Origin: Candidatus Eiseniibacteriota bacterium
GTDB lineage: Bacteria; Eisenbacteria; RBG-16-71-46; CAVPCR01
NCBI GenBank assembly: GCA_963823555.1
Contig: CAWGMA010000004.1
Coordinates: 384,001-448,000 of the forward strand
Direction of reading: 5' to 3'
DNA: 64,000 bases
Shown here piece by piece: positions 62,727-64,000 of this stretch. A program made the translations under genes and the position numbers. Every line of letters begins with the position of its first letter. The first letter of the stretch is position 1. The notes beneath the pieces were generated by a model. That model saw only the letters and a program-made list of their open reading frames with translations. It was not told the origin of the DNA and did no database searches.

Positions 62727-63731
62727 ATGCCAGATGCAACGCGCGATACGGACACGGGTGGACGGCTCACCATCGGGTCTCTGTCTCGCGCCACGGGCAT
62801 CCCGGTCGAGACCCTCCGCACCTGGGAGCAGCGCTACGGATTTCCCGAACCCGAGCGCAAGACTTCAGGTCATCGGGTCTACCCCCTTTCAATCGTGGGG
62901 CGGTTGCAGCGCATATCCGCAGCGCTGGCTCGCGGTCACCGGGCCGGGGAGGTGGTGCGGGCGAGCGATGAGGAGCTTGACGCTTTGCTGGCCACGCCCG
63001 TGGTGGGCCGCGCGGCGGGCGGAGGTGGGCGCGAGGCGGCCCGGCTCGCCGCGACCGCCGGGGATCGCCAGGCGCTCTCCGGCGAGGATCGGGCATCGCT
63101 TGCCGAATCGCTGGCCGCCGTCTCGGCTTTCGATGCCCCGCGCCTGACCCGGCATCTCGAACACGAGTGGGCGCGCCTTGGTCCCTTCGATTTCCTCCAC
63201 CGCCGGATCGCTCCCCTGGTTCATGCGGTGGGGGAGTGCTGGGCTCGCGGCGAGCTGGAGATCCGGCACGAGCACTTCCTGAGTGAGCGTGTGGCCGATC
63301 TCCTGCGGGCTCTACGCGTACCGTTCGAGGACATCGCACGGGGGCCGCTGGTCGTGCTCACGACGCTTCCTGGCGAGTCGCATTCGCTCGGCCTGCAGAT
63401 GAGCTCTCTGGTCATGGTCATCGGTGGATGTCGCGTCCTCTACCTCGGGCCGCAGATTCCACCGGAGGAGGCTGCCAACGTCGTGCGCGAGATGGGCGCG
63501 AGGGCCCTCGGGTTGAGCGTGTCTGTCGCCACCGCCGGGAAGGCGACGGCGGCGGCGATTGCGGAACTCAGACGGTTGCTCCCCCGGCGGAGCCTTCTCC
63601 TGGTGGGTGGGGCTGGCGCCCCGGAGGAGGTCCCGCGCGGGGTCGAGGTGATCGAGGACCTGGATCGGCTCCACGCCTGGGCCCAGCGTCTCTCACGCGT
63701 GGAAACGACTGCACCCCGGCGCTCGCAGTAG
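62727..63731 (+). CDS. CarH/LitR-like MerR-family cobalamin-binding regulator
   Basis: MerR HTH (TLRTWEQRYGFPEP.R..SGHRVY), W-x9-EH (WARGELEIRHEH), E-x-H-x2-G (ESHSLG) and YLG. Confidence 0.88.
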   Translation: MPDATRDTDTGGRLTIGSLSRATGIPVETLRTWEQRYGFPEPERKTSGHRVYPLSIVGRLQRISAALARGHRAGEVVRASDEELDALLATPVVGRAAGGGGREAARLAATAGDRQALSGEDRASLAESLAAVSAFDAPRLTRHLEHEWARLGPFDFLHRRIAPLVHAVGECWARGELEIRHEHFLSERVADLLRALRVPFEDIARGPLVVLTTLPGESHSLGLQMSSLVMVIGGCRVLYLGPQIPPEEAANVVREMGARALGLSVSVATAGKATAAAIAELRRLLPRRSLLLVGGAGAPEEVPRGVEVIEDLDRLHAWAQRLSRVETTAPRRSQ

Positions 63732-63757
63732 GTGGGTTGGGGTACGCCGAGGCGGCC

Positions 63758-64000
63758 ATGAAGACGGAGCTCCATGTGCATCGCTCGCACATCGCCGCCG
63801 ACGCCGGCGATGTCTACGACTGGCATATCCGTGACGGGGCCTTCGAGCGACTTGCTCCGCCATGGCAGCGGGTCGAGGTGGTGGAGCGAAGCGGCGGCAT
63901 CGAGGAGGGGGCCCGCGTTGTCATGCGAGTGGGCCCCTTTCGGCGCCGCTGGGTTGCGGTCCACGGGCGGCACATCCCGGGGCGGGAGTTCCGGGATGTT
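63758..64000 (+). CDS. SRPBCC-like N-terminus, probably of a TIGR01777-family oxidoreductase (3'-truncated)
   Basis: My translation MKTELHVHRSHIAADAGDVYDWHIRDGAFERLAPPW...RWVAVH...FRDV is open to the window end. Confidence 0.7.
   Translation, partial: MKTELHVHRSHIAADAGDVYDWHIRDGAFERLAPPWQRVEVVERSGGIEEGARVVMRVGPFRRRWVAVHGRHIPGREFRDV

Overview
High-GC bacterial DNA with about 45 genes and two tRNAs; no CRISPR array, integrase, transposase or rRNA is visible. Six secreted proteins with FlgD-like C-terminal tails, plus DUF6754-, DUF6029- and Omp28-like genes, suggest an FCB-group candidate phylum such as Eisenbacteria or Latescibacteria (inference). Family names are from my recognition of motifs; no database search was run. 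From left to right: (1) three PEP-synthase-N-terminal (ATP-grasp) paralogues sharing an S-x-G-T-H-F-F motif, one fused to a GAF-like domain and a nucleotidyltransferase, around a metallophosphoesterase and glutamate dehydrogenase; (2) gap and an S8 peptidase; (3) a frameshift-rich four-gene DUF6754-type membrane cluster followed by a 1018-aa divergent cardiolipin-synthase/PLD-fold protein; (4) tRNA-fMet and tRNA-Ser; (5) ftsB-like gene and eno; (6) a degenerate sigma54-activator-like protein and a Fis-type protein; (7) an ECF sigma/anti-sigma/bactofilin-like module; (8) an NtrX-like regulator with DUF4390; (9) a cysteine-rich Omp28/TlpA/DUF6029 operon; (10) a CotH kinase, a GT-C-like glycosyltransferase, sulfur genes and ligD; (11) SPFH plus RHH genes, divergent from a CarH-like B12 photoreceptor operon. 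The best candidate for an undescribed system is the PEP-synthase-fold phospho-His/nucleotidylation module linked to glutamate dehydrogenase. The frameshifts at about 8.2-8.9 kb and 14.9-17.6 kb look like sequencing errors.
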